From: Eledone cirrhosa
Lineage: Eukaryota
Length of the DNA stretch: 64,000 nt
Reading direction: 5' to 3'
Assembly (NCBI GenBank): GCA_964016885.1
Contig: OZ024751.1
Coordinates: forward strand, 41,788,001 to 41,852,000
The first letter of the stretch is position 1. Every line of letters starts with the position of its first letter. Of this stretch, positions 11,788-25,633 are shown piece after piece. Made by a program: the position numbers and the translations under genes. Under the pieces are notes generated by a model. It was not told the DNA's origin, ran no database searches, and saw only the letters and a program-made list of their open reading frames with translations.

Positions 11788-12574
11788 AGGGAGAAAGAGA
11801 TTATTTGAAAATCGATAAGAATACTCCAATGTTTTACAACGTGATATATAAATATATAGCATCAGATAATAATAGGTTTATTATACAGAAACTACGTAGT
11901 TTGACTACTGCAGTATGATAACGACTGTCTTCCCCCTTTGGTGGCTGATGTTCTCCTTGGATTGGTCCTGATGTGGTCCTTAGTTGGATTACATAATTGT
12001 GATTGCCGGTCCAGCAAAAATTTGGTATTAGTATTGGTGGTCTATATATTTCTAACCAATGAAAGACAGGGAATGAAATTCTTAACTCGTTCAATGCTTT
12101 ACAATTGTTTCGGTGATGCCATGAATCATTTCACAGTTAGTTAAAAGGATAAATATATGGAAAAAGAAAATATAATATTGCCTCCTCAGAAGTTAAAACA
12201 AGTATAAATAATACAAAGTACGCCGAGTATATATATATATATATATATATATATAAGAAAATGAGGGTTTTTTTCAAAATGAAAAAAAAACGAGATGTCC
12301 TACACGAGTGAAAGTATAATGAAAAAAGGTGAAATCGAAAATGCAACTGAAGTCTTTTTAAGAATATTTATTTATTTCCTTTACCGGTTTCACAGTTCTT
12401 ATGATTTTCGAAAGTGGAATTGAGATGGAGGGTTTGTGGTTTTTCTCGCATCATATATATATATATATATATATATGACAGTCGGTCGACTTTCATCAAA
12501 TCGGACCGAGGAAACAATGTTTCCGTTGGTCTTTCCAATTGCTAATACTATCTATCGGTCGCAACTCCAGACAG

Positions 12575-12672
12575 AAGAAACAACGTGAAATAAAGTGTCT
12601 TGCTCAAAGGCATAACGCATCGCCCAGTCCAGGAACCGAAATCACAACCTCCCGATTGCGAATCCAATTCTC
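12575..12672 (-). mobile_element. Diverged tRNA-related SINE fragment (third family)
   Basis: Reverse complement has a tRNA-like head followed by GCCTTTGAGCAAGACACTTTATTTCAC, a common SINE body motif. Confidence 0.55.
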
Positions 12673-12673
12673 C

Positions 12674-12758
<85 letters not shown>

Positions 12759-12767
12759 CATATATAT

Positions 12768-14566
12768 ATAATATAAAGGACGTAAAATAAGAAAATATTT
12801 TTTTAAAAAAATTTAAAAAAAATTTTTTTTCTTACTTAAATTTTCACTCCAACTAATTAGTTTCTGCAATGGGATAAAGACAGTTATGTAATCCAACTGT
12901 CGAGAATTCATTGCGTCATCAGGAAGTCTATTCTCAGTTAAGTCTCCAGGCAATGCGCGGACACTGGCGGCTCATATAAAAATAATAATAATTCGGTAGA
13001 TCGAACAGCTTGCGAGGACTGGATTCTATGTACCGAAATTCTCACTGCTTCAAGTCAAATGGCCGATTCTAAAGAATCAATCACGTGACACAGAGGCTAG
13101 TTAGAAGGAATGGGATGGTAAGATGACTGACGCCTACTAACACCCCAAAAAAAAAATTTTTTTAGAAGTGGTTTTGACAAGTTTGCTCGACAAATCAGTG
13201 ATTTGGAGATAAATATAGATAATTTAATATATCAACTAACATAAGCGCACAGATGCACGCCCATGCCAGCAAATACACAGGTTATGTCATAGTACCTAGG
13301 TGGTTCAATGCAGGAGAATGCAGAACAATAATATAAAGGACGTAAAATAAGAAAATATTTTTTTAAAAAAATTTAAAAAAAATTTTTTTTCTTACTTAAA
13401 TTTTCACTCCAACTAATTAGTTTCTGCAATGGGATAAAGACAGTTATGTAATCCAACTGTCGAGAATTCATTGCGTCATCAGGAAGTCTATTCTCAGTTA
13501 AGTCTCCAGGCAATGCGCGGACACTGGCGGCTCATATAAAAATAATAATAATTCGGTAGATCGAACAGCTTGCGAGGACTGGATTCTATGTACCGAAATT
13601 CTCACTGCTTCAAGTCAAATGGCCGATTCTAAAGAATCAATCACGTGACACAGAGGCTAGTTAGAAGGAATGGGATGGTAAGATGACTGACGCCTACTAA
13701 CACCCCAAAAAAAAAATTTTTTTAGAAGTGGTTTTGACAAGTTTGCTCATGCAATGAATTCTCGACAGTTGGATTACATAACTGTCTTTATCCCATTGCA
13801 GAAACTAATTAGTTGGAGTGAAAATTTAAGTAAGAAAAAAAATTTTTTTTTAATTTTTTTAAAAAAATATTTTCTTATTTTACGTCCTTTATATTATTGT
13901 TCTGCATTCTCCTGCATTGAACCACCTAGGTACTATGACATAACCTGTGTATTTGCTGGCATGGGCGTGCATCTGTGCGCTTATGTTAGTTGATATATTA
14001 AATTATCTATATTTATCTCCAAATCACTGATTTGTCGAGCAAACTTGTCAAAACCACTTCTAAAAAAATTTTTTTTGGGGTGTTAGTAGGCGTCAGTCAT
14101 CTTACCATCCCATTCCTTCTAACTAGCCTCTGTGTCACGTGATTGATTCTTTAGAATCGGCCATTTGACTTGAAGCAGTGAGAATTTCGGTACATAGAAT
14201 CCAGTCCTCGCAAGCTGTTCGATCTACCGAATTATTATTATTTTTATATGAGCCGCCAGTGTCCGCGCATTGCCTGGAGACTTAACTGAGAATAGACTTC
14301 CTGATGACGCAATGAATTCTCGACAGTTGGATTACATAACTGTCTTTATCCCATTGCAGAAACTAATTAGTTGGAGTGAAAATTTAAGTAAGAAAAAAAA
14401 TTTTTTTTAAATTTTTTTAAAAAAATATTTTCTTATTTTACGTCCTTTATATTATTGTTCTGCATTCTCCTGCATTGAACCACCTAGGTACTATGACATA
14501 ACCTGTGTATTTGCTGGCATGGGCGTGCATCTGTGCGCTTATGTTAGTTGATATATTAAATTATCT

Positions 14567-14569
<3 letters not shown>
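12768..14569. mobile_element. 560-bp retrozyme-like unit, family E: about 1.75 tandem copies joined to about 1.5 inverted copies
   Basis: ATATAAAGGA at 12771 and 13331 (period 560). Orientation flips at 13749-13750. Copies are near-identical, with (TA)n on both sides. Confidence 0.88.
14296..14377 (+). ncRNA. Type I hammerhead, family E (further copies on - at 12846-12927 and 13406-13487)
   Basis: ACTTC-CTGATGA-C-GCAATG..GACAGTT(GGATTACAT)AACTGTC..CATTGC-A-GAAAC-TAATTA-GTT/GGAGT. Palindrome AACTAATTAGTT, GUU triplet. Confidence 0.78.
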
Positions 14570-14655
<86 letters not shown>

Positions 14656-14656
14656 C

Positions 14657-14745
<89 letters not shown>

Positions 14746-14769
14746 CATATATATATATAAATACATATA

Positions 14770-14840
<71 letters not shown>

Positions 14841-15023
14841 ATATATATAAATATATATACATGACACCACCCAATAAAAAAAATACAGTTACCTATTTTT
14901 AAAAAAAGACATTAACAAAAATAAAATTAAAATTAAAACCACGACAGAAAATAAAACATTTTTACGAGAGACCTTTTAACACAGATTTTAGTTCAGAAGA
15001 TATAGAATTTTTCCGTACACTAA

Positions 15024-15100
<77 letters not shown>

Positions 15101-15152
15101 GTGAATATATATATATGTCTGTGAGTGTGTGTGTACGTGTGTGTGTGTGTGT

Positions 15153-15188
<36 letters not shown>

Positions 15189-15338
15189 TTCTTCCTAGTC
15201 ATCGAAAGTTTTTTATACTCCATCTTACTAAAATAACAAAGATGTCAGATAACTAGGTTCTTTTTTATTCTCAGCCATTCACCAGGTTTCATATAACCAT
15301 AATAAACTAAATATATTGTAAATATATATATATATGTG

Positions 15339-15462
<124 letters not shown>

Positions 15463-15554
15463 GTTATATATATATATAACATATATATATATAACATTTA
15501 TATATATCACATATATATGTATATAAACTACATATATAAATATATACTATATAT

Positions 15555-15657
<103 letters not shown>

Positions 15658-15707
15658 AGAGGGGGGAGAGCAAGAACGATGGGAAGAAAAAAAAAAGAAG
15701 GAAAAAT

Positions 15708-15792
<85 letters not shown>

Positions 15793-16569
15793 GAGTAAGA
15801 AAGAAAGAAAGATATCGTGTGTTTATAAGACTGGCTAAAATACGTTGAAAGTGGAGCGTATGTATGATTAGATAAAGATGGAAGCTCTCTTGCTGTCGTC
15901 TGCTTTTCTTCAATACATGGATGTATTTGTGTGTGTGTGTGTGAATGTGTGAGTGTGTGTGTGTGTGTTTGTATGTGTGAGTGTGTGTTTGTGTGTAGGT
16001 GTGTGTTTGTGGGTAGGTGTGTGTTTGTATGTGTATTTGTGTGAGTGTGTGTTTTTATGTGTGTGATTGTGTGTAGGTGTGTGTGCATGTTTGTATGTGT
16101 ATTTGTGTGAGTGTGTGTTTTTATGTGTGTGTTTGTGTGTAGGTGTATGTGTGTGTTTTGTATGTGTATTTGTGTGAGTATGTGCTTTTATGTGTGTGTT
16201 TGCGTGTAGGTATGTGTGTCTGTTTGTATGTGTATTTGTGTGAGGGTGTGTTTGCGTATGCTTGTGTGTAGGTGTGTGTGTTGGTGTGTGTGTGTGTGTA
16301 TATGTGGTGTGTGTGGGTGGGTGTTTTATGTGTTTTTATGTGTAGCTCAAATGTTACTCAACTCATTGTCTGTTTAAGTGTGCAGCGTTCATCCGAATAA
16401 CATTTACCTTTTATTTTTGTGTTTTTCAAAGAGAAAAAAATAAAATGGAAATGAAATGTAAAAAAAGATTGACCAAAGATTATAAAGACTGGAAATATAG
16501 TAAGAAATTCATAGAAGAAAGCGAATTCCATTAATCCAAATACTGATACCTACTTACAAGTAAATATAA

Positions 16570-16605
<36 letters not shown>

Positions 16606-16755
16606 TCATGATATATATATGATATATATATATACTCATATATATATTGTTATATTTATATATGATATATATATATATGTGTATATTTATATATGATATA
16701 TATATATATATGTGTGACATATATATGATATATATATATATATGTGTGTGTGTGT

Positions 16756-16851
<96 letters not shown>

Positions 16852-17219
16852 CATATATATGATATATATACATATATTTATTTATTTATTTATATATATG
16901 TCATCTATATGTATATGTATGTGTGTGTATATTATGTATGTTTGCATGTATGTTTGTATGTGGGTATGTATATATTGTATGTGTGTATGTATATATACTT
17001 AACTGAAAACATTACATGTGCATTTTTAACAAATAACATTTACCTTCATTATTTTATTTGCTGTGGGTGTTTGAAAGCAAAAGAAAAAGTGAAACATCAA
17101 ATATATATATAAGATAGAAAGTATAATACTACATTGTTAGTAAAGAGCAAATGCCACTACTTGCAACATGCCTACCTAGACACAATTATTTACATGTATA
17201 TACATACATACATACATAG

Positions 17220-17503
17220 CGGCTGCCAACTCGTTTTCGAGTACGGCCACTACTTTATACCCATGTAGGAGAACCCCTACCGATGCACTGAACGAGTGTG
17301 ACTTTTTAGTCCAGCCAGCGACTTGAAAACTCTGGTACAAACACTACACTTGTGACAATTATTGACACATAGTGCTGGGCCCATAGTACCATGTGACGAC
17401 AAGTGCAGAGAGATCTCCAGATATAAAGCAATGCCTGTGCCGTGAAGCTTTTATAGTGAGCAAAGGCATTGCACAAAGCCAGTCCCACTCTCTTAACCAA
17501 GAT
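17220..17503. mobile_element. Dispersed repeat of unknown class, next to (CATA)n
   Basis: Highly similar second copy at 25370-25633. Confidence 0.75.
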
Positions 17504-17544
17504 GATATTTACCAAAAAGAAGAACAAGTCAACATCATTGGACA

Positions 17545-17830
17545 CCATTAGGGTTGCAGGTGTTATATCAGAGTTTTCCTTCTCCTAGAATTCTGCCTTG
17601 ACAAAGGCTAAGGGATCATCTCTCCCGGTGATTTTGGATGGCCATTGACTCTTAAGAGCTCCTTTGCTCTTTGACAGGTTTTGTTTTTAGTCCTGCAGGA
17701 TGTCCAAAGTCACCCTCCTCACCAAGAAACATTGGTGGGGTTGCCAGTTTAGTCACCAACGACCCGACCATGAGACAGGTTGTACTGGGATACATGTTAC
17801 CAGTAGCACCAACTGGTGACCTGACATAAC
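17545..17830 (-). mobile_element. RTE-like 5' UTR-derived fragment
   Basis: Reverse complement contains AGGCAGAATTCTAGGAGAAGGAAAACTCTGA, which I recall as typical of RTE 5' regions. Confidence 0.45.
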
Positions 17831-18137
17831 ATACATACCTGACATACATACATACATACATACATACATACATACATACATACATACATACATACATACA
17901 TACATACATACATACATACATACATAATGGCTGTGTCCCGGTTTCGAGAATTGCCATCCCTTGACCTTTCTTCATAAATGGTTGACACAAACATGACTTT
18001 TTAGTCCGCCAAGGACTTAGATTCCTTTCTGCATATGCTGCATCGAAAGGAAAAACAAGAAAAGGCCATGCTCAGGCAACACATGTGAGAGTTGTTTAGA
18101 TTAAGTGATATCTATGATTGAAGATTTTTTTAAAGTG

Positions 18138-18424
18138 AAGAAAGGCCTTACACTGGACCAATGCCACTCTCTGAACAATGGTGACAAGAAAGGCCTTACA
18201 CTGGACCAATGCCACTCTCTTGAACAATGGTGACAAGAAAGGCCTTACACTGGACCAATGCCACTCTCTGAACAATGGTGACAAGAAAGGCCTTACACTG
18301 GACCAATGCCACTCTCCCAACAATGGTGACAAGAAAGGCCTTACACTGGACCAATGCCACTCTCCCAACAATGGTGACAAGAAAGGCCTTACACTGGACC
18401 AATGCCACTCTCAACAATGGTGAG
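18138..18424. repeat. Minisatellite, about 48-bp unit, about 6 copies
   Basis: AACAATGGTGACAAGAAAGGCCTTACACTGGACCAATGCCACTCTC repeated. Confidence 0.95.
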
Positions 18425-18565
18425 AGATGTTTATTTTGTCTTCATGTTATAAAGACAAATTTAAAAGTGCAATAACAGAAAATATACCACTGTGGTTATA
18501 TCCTAAAATACTGTATTGTCATAAGGACTTTACAACACATAAGACCGTAACTATATGGGGTAAAG

Positions 18566-18773
18566 CAGGCGTGTTAAACTGAGGGTTCCCCGAGGGCCAC
18601 ATGGGTCACATATGTGTGGTCTGGGACACACAACAACTAGTGTTTAGTTTGAGGGCCACACACAACAGCTAATTGCGCACATTACAAATAATTTTACAAA
18701 GATGAACCATGCTCACGCTGTAAAAACCTGTATGCAGTTGTGCTTGTAAAGGGCCGCATGTTTGACATGTCTG
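18566..18773. mobile_element. hAT-type MITE
   Basis: TIRs CAGGCGTGTTAAAC and GTTTGACATGTCTG. 8-bp TSD GGGTAAAG/GCGTAAAG (7 of 8 match). Confidence 0.75.
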
Positions 18774-18861
18774 GCGTAAAGGTCCGTAACTCTATGCCAT
18801 AAAGCATGTTTTCAGACGCTCTACTGTTTACTGCCAATCAACCACCTAATACTATAACAAT

Positions 18862-19085
18862 ATTGTTTCTATTTTTGGCATAAGGCTAACAATTTGAAGG
18901 CAAGGGGAAAGTCTATTAAATTGACCTCAGTGTATTACTGGTACTTTATGTAATCTAACCTGTAAGAATGAAAGGCGAAGCTAACCTCGGTGGGATTTGA
19001 TCTCAGAACGTAAAGGGCCGTAAGTAACTATATACCACAACACATGTTGTCCGGCGCGCTACCGCTTACTGCTTATTTACCGCTC
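18862..19085 (-). mobile_element. SINE family 1 (a further head fragment at 18775-18845)
   Basis: Homologous to 1195-1418. Confidence 0.8.
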
Positions 19086-20099
19086 TAACCCTGTAACATA
19101 ATATGACATTAGAAGTATAGACTTGTGAATTCACCAACTTGCTCCTTCGATTTGTAAACCGAGGAACTTTAAGTTTATTTGTTTGTTTTGTTTGCTGTTG
19201 TTGTTGTTTTGTTTCTGCCTTTATTCATTTCATCGTATTTTTATTGTTGTAATGTTTTTGTTGTTTTTTTCTTCATTACTTAAGCTAATTAGTACCAATC
19301 TTTATATTATGACCACCATTTGAAATGTGTTTAACGCAATTAAGATCTTTATAGTTTACCCTTCCACTACTCTCTACTTTAAACACTAACCTTGTTAACT
19401 TCATTAGCACTATTACCGTCATTAGCATCGCTAGCATCATTACCATCATTACTATCATCTCCATCATTAGTATCGTTAACATCATTAAGATCGTTAAGAT
19501 CATAGGATGTCTTAATGTAATAACTGTATCTTCCATTTCGCCATTGATTTTTTTTTAAACCCACAGAAATTTATGCTTACGTTTATCGCTTCCTCATAAA
19601 TTGTATTGTATTATCGTTTCTTATTAATTGCTTGTTTTATATATTACAAACCTTTATATGTTCACCATTATTATAAATGCGCTTAACATAATTAAGGAGA
19701 TCGTTATATTTTTATATGTTACCTTTCCACTATCATCTATAAAACACTAACCTTGCTGACTTCATTAGCATTGCAGGATATGTTAATGTAATCAAGATAT
19801 CATTCCATTTCTCCATAATTTAACTAAACATATTTCAGCACCGTTCTCCAATATTTATGAGAAAAATAATCATTAATGTCTTAAAGGGCCCACTAATTAT
19901 AAAAGTCATATCAACTAAAAGATCTTCCTATCTATATCAGTTATAGTCTGAACTACCTAAAATTGTAAACATTGTTATATTAAAATTTATCTTTTTGTTG
20001 TTTCTATACACTTTAATTAAAACGCTCCAGTTGTGTATATGTTTGTATGTATGTTTGTATGTATGTGTATATGTATGTATTTATGTATGTATGTGTATA

Positions 20100-20390
20100 T
20101 GAACCCAGAACTCCTGGCGGAGTTGTAGAGACGTTGTAATGTCATACAGCGTTTCTTGGCGGATCCCATCCTCTCTCAAGGTCTGAACAGAGTAAATTTC
20201 TTCCAGAGAAGGAGGGAGATAGAGAAGAAGTGAGGAAGAAACGACCCTAGTATTCGGCTAGTAAATGTTTATCAACTTCGAAATGATGAGAGACATAATT
20301 GACTTCGGTGGGATTTGAACTCGGGACGCAGAGTGCTGGGACGAATGCTGCAAAGTATTCTATCCGACGTTCTGTCAATTCGTTACCAAC
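20100..20390 (-). mobile_element. SINE family 2 (related head, different long 3' part)
   Basis: Similar to 32090-32390 and 62460-62780. B box GAGTTCAAATCC on - strand. Confidence 0.65.
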
Positions 20391-20614
20391 TACAAAGACT
20401 AAAAGTTGGTTTTTATTTATAACACATGTACAGATAATTCGGGGTATTGATGTATGTCTATCTTTGTTCTCGAAATAGTCAGACACATCATTTAGTTTTT
20501 ATACATATCTGCACAAACGATAAATTACTATCATAATTATGATAAGTCAACTAGACAGAAGCATTCGGCCATGCTACGACTACGACAATGGTCAATATAT
20601 AACAAATTATAATT

Positions 20615-20775
20615 ATATCTGATGTAAGCACAAGACCAACAATTTTGTGGAGTGAAGAAATTCGATTAATCAACCCCAGTGTGTTACTGGTACTTTATTT
20701 TATCGACCATGTAAGGATTAAAAGTAAAGCTAACCTCGACGGGATTTGAACTCAGAATGTAAAGGGCCGAAACTA
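20615..20775 (-). mobile_element. SINE family 1, partial, ending at a mariner insertion
   Basis: Conserved body and B box. Confidence 0.75.
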
Positions 20776-21220
20776 TACGAGGGGTGCTTAAAAGTTCCTG
20801 GCTTTAAGGATATCGCGATAGGGCAGAGCTGTTACCTTTACAGGGGGAGTAGGACCACTGCAATAAGTGTGTGAATCTGAGAGAGGAATATGTGGAATAA
20901 AATCATAATTAACTGACCCTCCAGTATTTTATTTTAACTGATCCGCCTATAGTTTCTTTTAACTGATCCTCCTGTATTTCCTTTTAACTGATCCTCCTAT
21001 AGTTTCTTTTAATTGATCCTCCTATATTTTCTTTTAACTGATGCTCCTATAGTTTCTTTTAACTGATCCGCCTATAGTTTCTTTTAATTCATCCTCCTAT
21101 ATTTTCTTTTAACTGATGCTCCTATATTTTCTTTTAACTGATCCGCCTATAGTTTCTTTTAACTGATCCTCTTGTCCTCCTGTATTTTATTTGACCCAAA
21201 GCCAAGAACGTTTCAGCACC
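20776..21220 (+). mobile_element. Internally deleted mariner element with a 25-bp tandem expansion
   Basis: TA-CGAGGGGTGCTTAAAAGTTCCTGGCTT ... AAGCCAAGAACGTTTCAGCACC TIRs. Transposase-like end NKCVNLREEYVE*. About 10 copies of AACTGATCCKCCTATAKTTTCTTTT. Confidence 0.75.
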
Positions 21221-21779
21221 AACACCACCACCACCACCACCACCACCAGTACATTAATTTTTACGAGCAGGAACAACTGAACCACTTATCGTTGAAACCG
21301 AGAGAGGACCATTCAATTACTGCTTATTGTTGCAGTGATATGACATTCAGTTCACGACAAGTTATAGCTGCGACTTGATTCCACTTATTTTGCTAATACC
21401 ATTGTGAAAAGGCTAAATGGCTAAACGGTCTATTTTCCAATTTCCCTTCTCCTCTCCAAGTATTAATAATGAATGCTTTTCCCTTTGTAAAACTATTCGA
21501 TTATTCATTGATTCATTGTTGCAAGAAAACCACAACTGATTGTGAAGATTTTTTATTGACATTCCCGGTGTCGTTAGTACTCGTCATTGCTTATCAGTCG
21601 TACTTTACTTCCTCGTTTGTGTTGCTGCCATTGTTGTTGCTGTTGTTGTGGTTATTGTTGTCGGTGTTCTTGCTGTTGTTGTTGCAGTCATTGCTGTTGT
21701 TGTTGTTGTTGTTGTTGTTGTTGCAGTCATTGTTGTTATTGCCGTTGTCGTCGTCGTTGTTGTTAACATTATTTAGTGA

Positions 21780-22342
21780 AGTAATGTAATGTAATGTAAT
21801 GTATTGTAGTGTAATGTAGTGTAATGTAATGTAGTGTAGTGTAGTCTAATGTATTGTAGTGTAGTGTAGTGTAGTGTAGTGTAGTGTAGTGGAGTGGAGT
21901 GTAGTGTAGTGTAGTGTAGTGTAGTGTAGTGTAGTGTAGTGTAGTGGAGTGGAGTGGAGTGGAGTGGAGTGTAGTGGAGTGTAGTGTAGTGTAGTGTAGT
22001 GTAGTGGAGTGTAGTGTGGTGTAGTGTAGTGTAGTGTAGTGTAGTGTAGTGTAGTGTAGTGTAGTGTAGTGTAGTGCAGTGTAGTGGAGTGTAGTGTAGT
22101 GTAGTGGCGTGTAGTTTAGTGTAGTGTAGTGTAGTGTAGTGCAGTGTAGTGCAGTGCAGTGCAGTGTAGTGCAGTGTAGAGCAGTGCAGTGTAGTGTAGT
22201 GTAGTGTAGTGTAGTGTAGTATAGTGTAGTGTAGTGTAGTGCAGTGTAGTGGAGTATAGTGTAGTGTAGTGGCGTGTAGTGTAGTGTAGTGCAGTGTAGT
22301 GCAGTGCAGTGTAGTGCAGTGTAGTGCAGTGCAGTGTAGTGT
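21780..22342. repeat. (GTAGT)n pentanucleotide satellite
   Basis: Direct reading of the sequence. Confidence 0.97.
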
Positions 22343-22441
22343 ACCAGTGAAGTAGAGTTGTGCAATGTAATCTGGTGTAATCTAGTGCAGTATTGCAGTA
22401 TAATGTGCTTTATCAATGTAGAAAAATTGTGTAGAGTGCAA

Positions 22442-23913
22442 TACAAGGGTAGGCTGAAAAGTTCATAGGCTGATTATGAAGGAGTAATGTTAGAGCTGTG
22501 AAATCTTGCATGCATTAATTTCAACTCTTCTTATTACTAATAACTTCAATGTTTCTTTCCAGGGACAATGTTGAAAAATATACCTCATATGGTATTTCCA
22601 TGAGAGTATCATAGTTAGCCTATGAAAGAATCAATGCAGTTATTAATTAATAAGAAGATATGAAATTAATGCCTGCAGGATTTCACAGCTCTAGCATCAC
22701 TCCTTCATAGGCTGACCAAGATACTCTGATGGAATGACCAAATGACGTTTGTTTTTCAACATGGTCCCTAAAGAATCAATACAGTGAATAATAAATAAGA
22801 ATTGGAATTAATACATGCAAGATTTCACAGCCCTAGCATCACTCCTTCATAGGCTGACCAAAATACTCTCATGGAATGACCAAATGTGGTTTATTTTTCA
22901 ACATAGTCCCTGGAAAGAAACAATGCAGTTATTAATATTAATAAGAAGAGTTGAAATTAATGCATGCAAGATTTCACATCTCTAGCATCATTCCTTCATA
23001 GGTTGACCAAGATACTTTCATGGAATGACAAAATCAAGTTGAAATTAATGCATGCAAGATTTCACATCTCTAGCATTATTCCTTCATAGGTTGACCAAGA
23101 TACTTTCATGGAATGACGAAATGAGGTTGAAATTAATGCATGCAAGATTTCACATCTCTAGCATCATTCCTTCATAGGTTGACTAAGATACTTTCATGGA
23201 ATGACGAAATGAGGTTGAAATTAATGCATGCAAGATTTCACATCTCTAGCATCATTCCTTCATAGGTTGACTAAGATACTTTCATGGAATGACGAAATGA
23301 GGTTGAAATTAATGCATGCAAGATTTCACATCTCTAGCATCATTCCTTCATAGGTTGACTAAGATACTTTCATGGAATGACGAAATGAGGTTGAAATTAA
23401 TGCATGCAAGATTTCACATCTCTAGCATCATTCCTTCATAGGTTGACTAAGATACTTTCATGGAATGACGAAATGAGGTTGAAATTAATGCATGCAAGAT
23501 TTCACATCTCTAGCATCATTCCTTCATAGGTTGACTAAGATACTTTCATGGAATGACGAAATGAGGTTGAAATTAATGCATGCAAGATTTCACATCTCTA
23601 GCATCATTCCTTCATAGGTTGACCAAGATACTTTCATGGAATGACAAAATCAGGTTGAAATTAATGCATGCAAGATTTCACATCTCTAGCATCATTCCTT
23701 CATAGGTTGACTAAGATACTTTCATGGAATGACGAAATGAGGTTGAAATTAATGCATGCAAGATTTCACATCTCTAGCATCATTCCTTCATAGGTTGACT
23801 AAGATACTTTCATGGAATGACGAAATGAGGTTGAAATTAATGCATGCAAGATTTCACAGCCCTAGCATCATTCCTTCTTAGTCAACCTGGGAACGTTTCT
23901 GCCGACCTTCGTA
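22442..23913. mobile_element. Mariner-type MITE with an internal 88-bp tandem array (about 10 copies)
   Basis: Termini TACAAGGGTAGGCTGAAAAGTTC and GAACGTTTCTGCCGACCTTCGTA. Period 88 (23041, 23129, 23217). Confidence 0.8.
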
Positions 23914-24304
23914 CTAAAAAATTCAATAACGACGTCCAACCATAAAACGTGGTCCACGCTATTCATAATATTAAGTGAACTCTTTTATTAAAGAAAGCAA
24001 AAGAAGACAGAACTAACAGAGAAACGGGGAAATTAAACCAAGATAGAAACGGGATGTAAAAGTTTAAGAAGGAATACAAAGGATATTGAAGATATTTTTT
24101 GATATATTGTTTATTGTCGATCTCAAAAGATCTATAAATCAACCGTATTGGATTTTTATTATCATTAGCAAGTTATATAGATACAGCTGATGGAGGAATG
24201 TATTGATAACCAGCTACACACTGAAAAATACAAACACCAAACAATGTGTATATATATATATGTATATATATATATGTATATATATATATGTATATATAAA
24301 TAGG

Positions 24305-24378
<74 letters not shown>

Positions 24379-24379
24379 T

Positions 24380-24742
24380 ATTTCTTTATTAGCCACAGGG
24401 GCACAAAAGAAGGGGACAAATACAAAGGGGGAAGTTTACATACAATAAAAACGTGTAAAATGTTATCACAGATGGAATTTAAAAGTTAGTCGATTTTCCC
24501 CAATAGAGGGAGACAGTTTATATGGGTAACACATACCCCCGAAAAAAATGTGCAACCCTCATCTCCAGGAGTACGAAGAGCTTGTACTCCTTTCCTCTCC
24601 TCCTCCTTTTCCTCAATCTACAGGCTGATATAGAGAGAAGGCCCATTCACTCGGGCCATTCTCGCCACTTTCACCCACCTTTCATAAAACTTGCTGGGGT
24701 ACAGCACCTCTCTCTCCATCCTGATTCTTCTTCCAAAGTGGT
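24380..24742 (-). mobile_element. 3' end of an L1/Tx1-like LINE in (TAGA)n
   Basis: Minus frame RRIRMEREVLYPSKFYERWVKVARMARVNGPSLYISL*, then a UTR, AATAAA and (TATC)n. Confidence 0.6.
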
Positions 24743-24744
24743 AT

Positions 24745-24799
<55 letters not shown>

Positions 24800-24800
<1 letters not shown>

Positions 24801-25045
24801 CTTTCTTTTTTATTTGCCACCAGGGCGTCAAAGAGTGGGACAAGTACAAAGGGAGGAGTTTACATAAAACGGCGTTCTCAATAAGGAGGAGGCAATAACA
24901 AAATATAAAAATATAAAATATAAAATATAACAAAAATAAATTGAATAACAAAACCCTCAATAGGGAGGAGGCGCCTTGGGGGGTCGCACACACCCCCGAA
25001 AAAGTGTGCAACCCTTCTCCTCAGGAGCACAGAGAGAGCGTGCTC
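24800..25045 (-). mobile_element. Second, diverged 3' UTR copy of the same Tx1-like family
   Basis: Shares GCCAC..GGG..AAAGA..GGGACAA.TACAAAGGG and CACCCCCGAAAAA.TGTGCAACCC with 24380-24742. Also abuts (TAGA)n. Confidence 0.6.
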
Positions 25046-25137
25046 ATGTATATTTACACAGAAATATTTATACATACACCATTATACAAAAGATTATAAT
25101 TCTATAAAATATTTATATATATATATATATATATATA

Positions 25138-25363
<226 letters not shown>

Positions 25364-25369
25364 CATGGT

Positions 25370-25633
25370 GGCTGCCAACTCGTTTTCGAGTACGGCCACT
25401 ACTTTATATCCATGTAGAAGAACCCCTACCGATGCGCTAAACAAGTGTGACTTGAAAACTCTGGTACAAACACTACACCTGTGACAATTATTGACACATA
25501 GTGCTGGGCCCATGGCACCATGTGACGACAAGTGCAGAGAGATCTCCAGATATAAAGCAATGCCTGTGCCGTGAAGCTTTTATAGTGAGCAAAGGCACTG
25601 CACAAAGCCAGTCCCACTCTCTTAACCAAGATG
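25370..25633. mobile_element. Second copy of the 17220-17503 repeat
   Basis: Direct sequence similarity. Confidence 0.75.
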
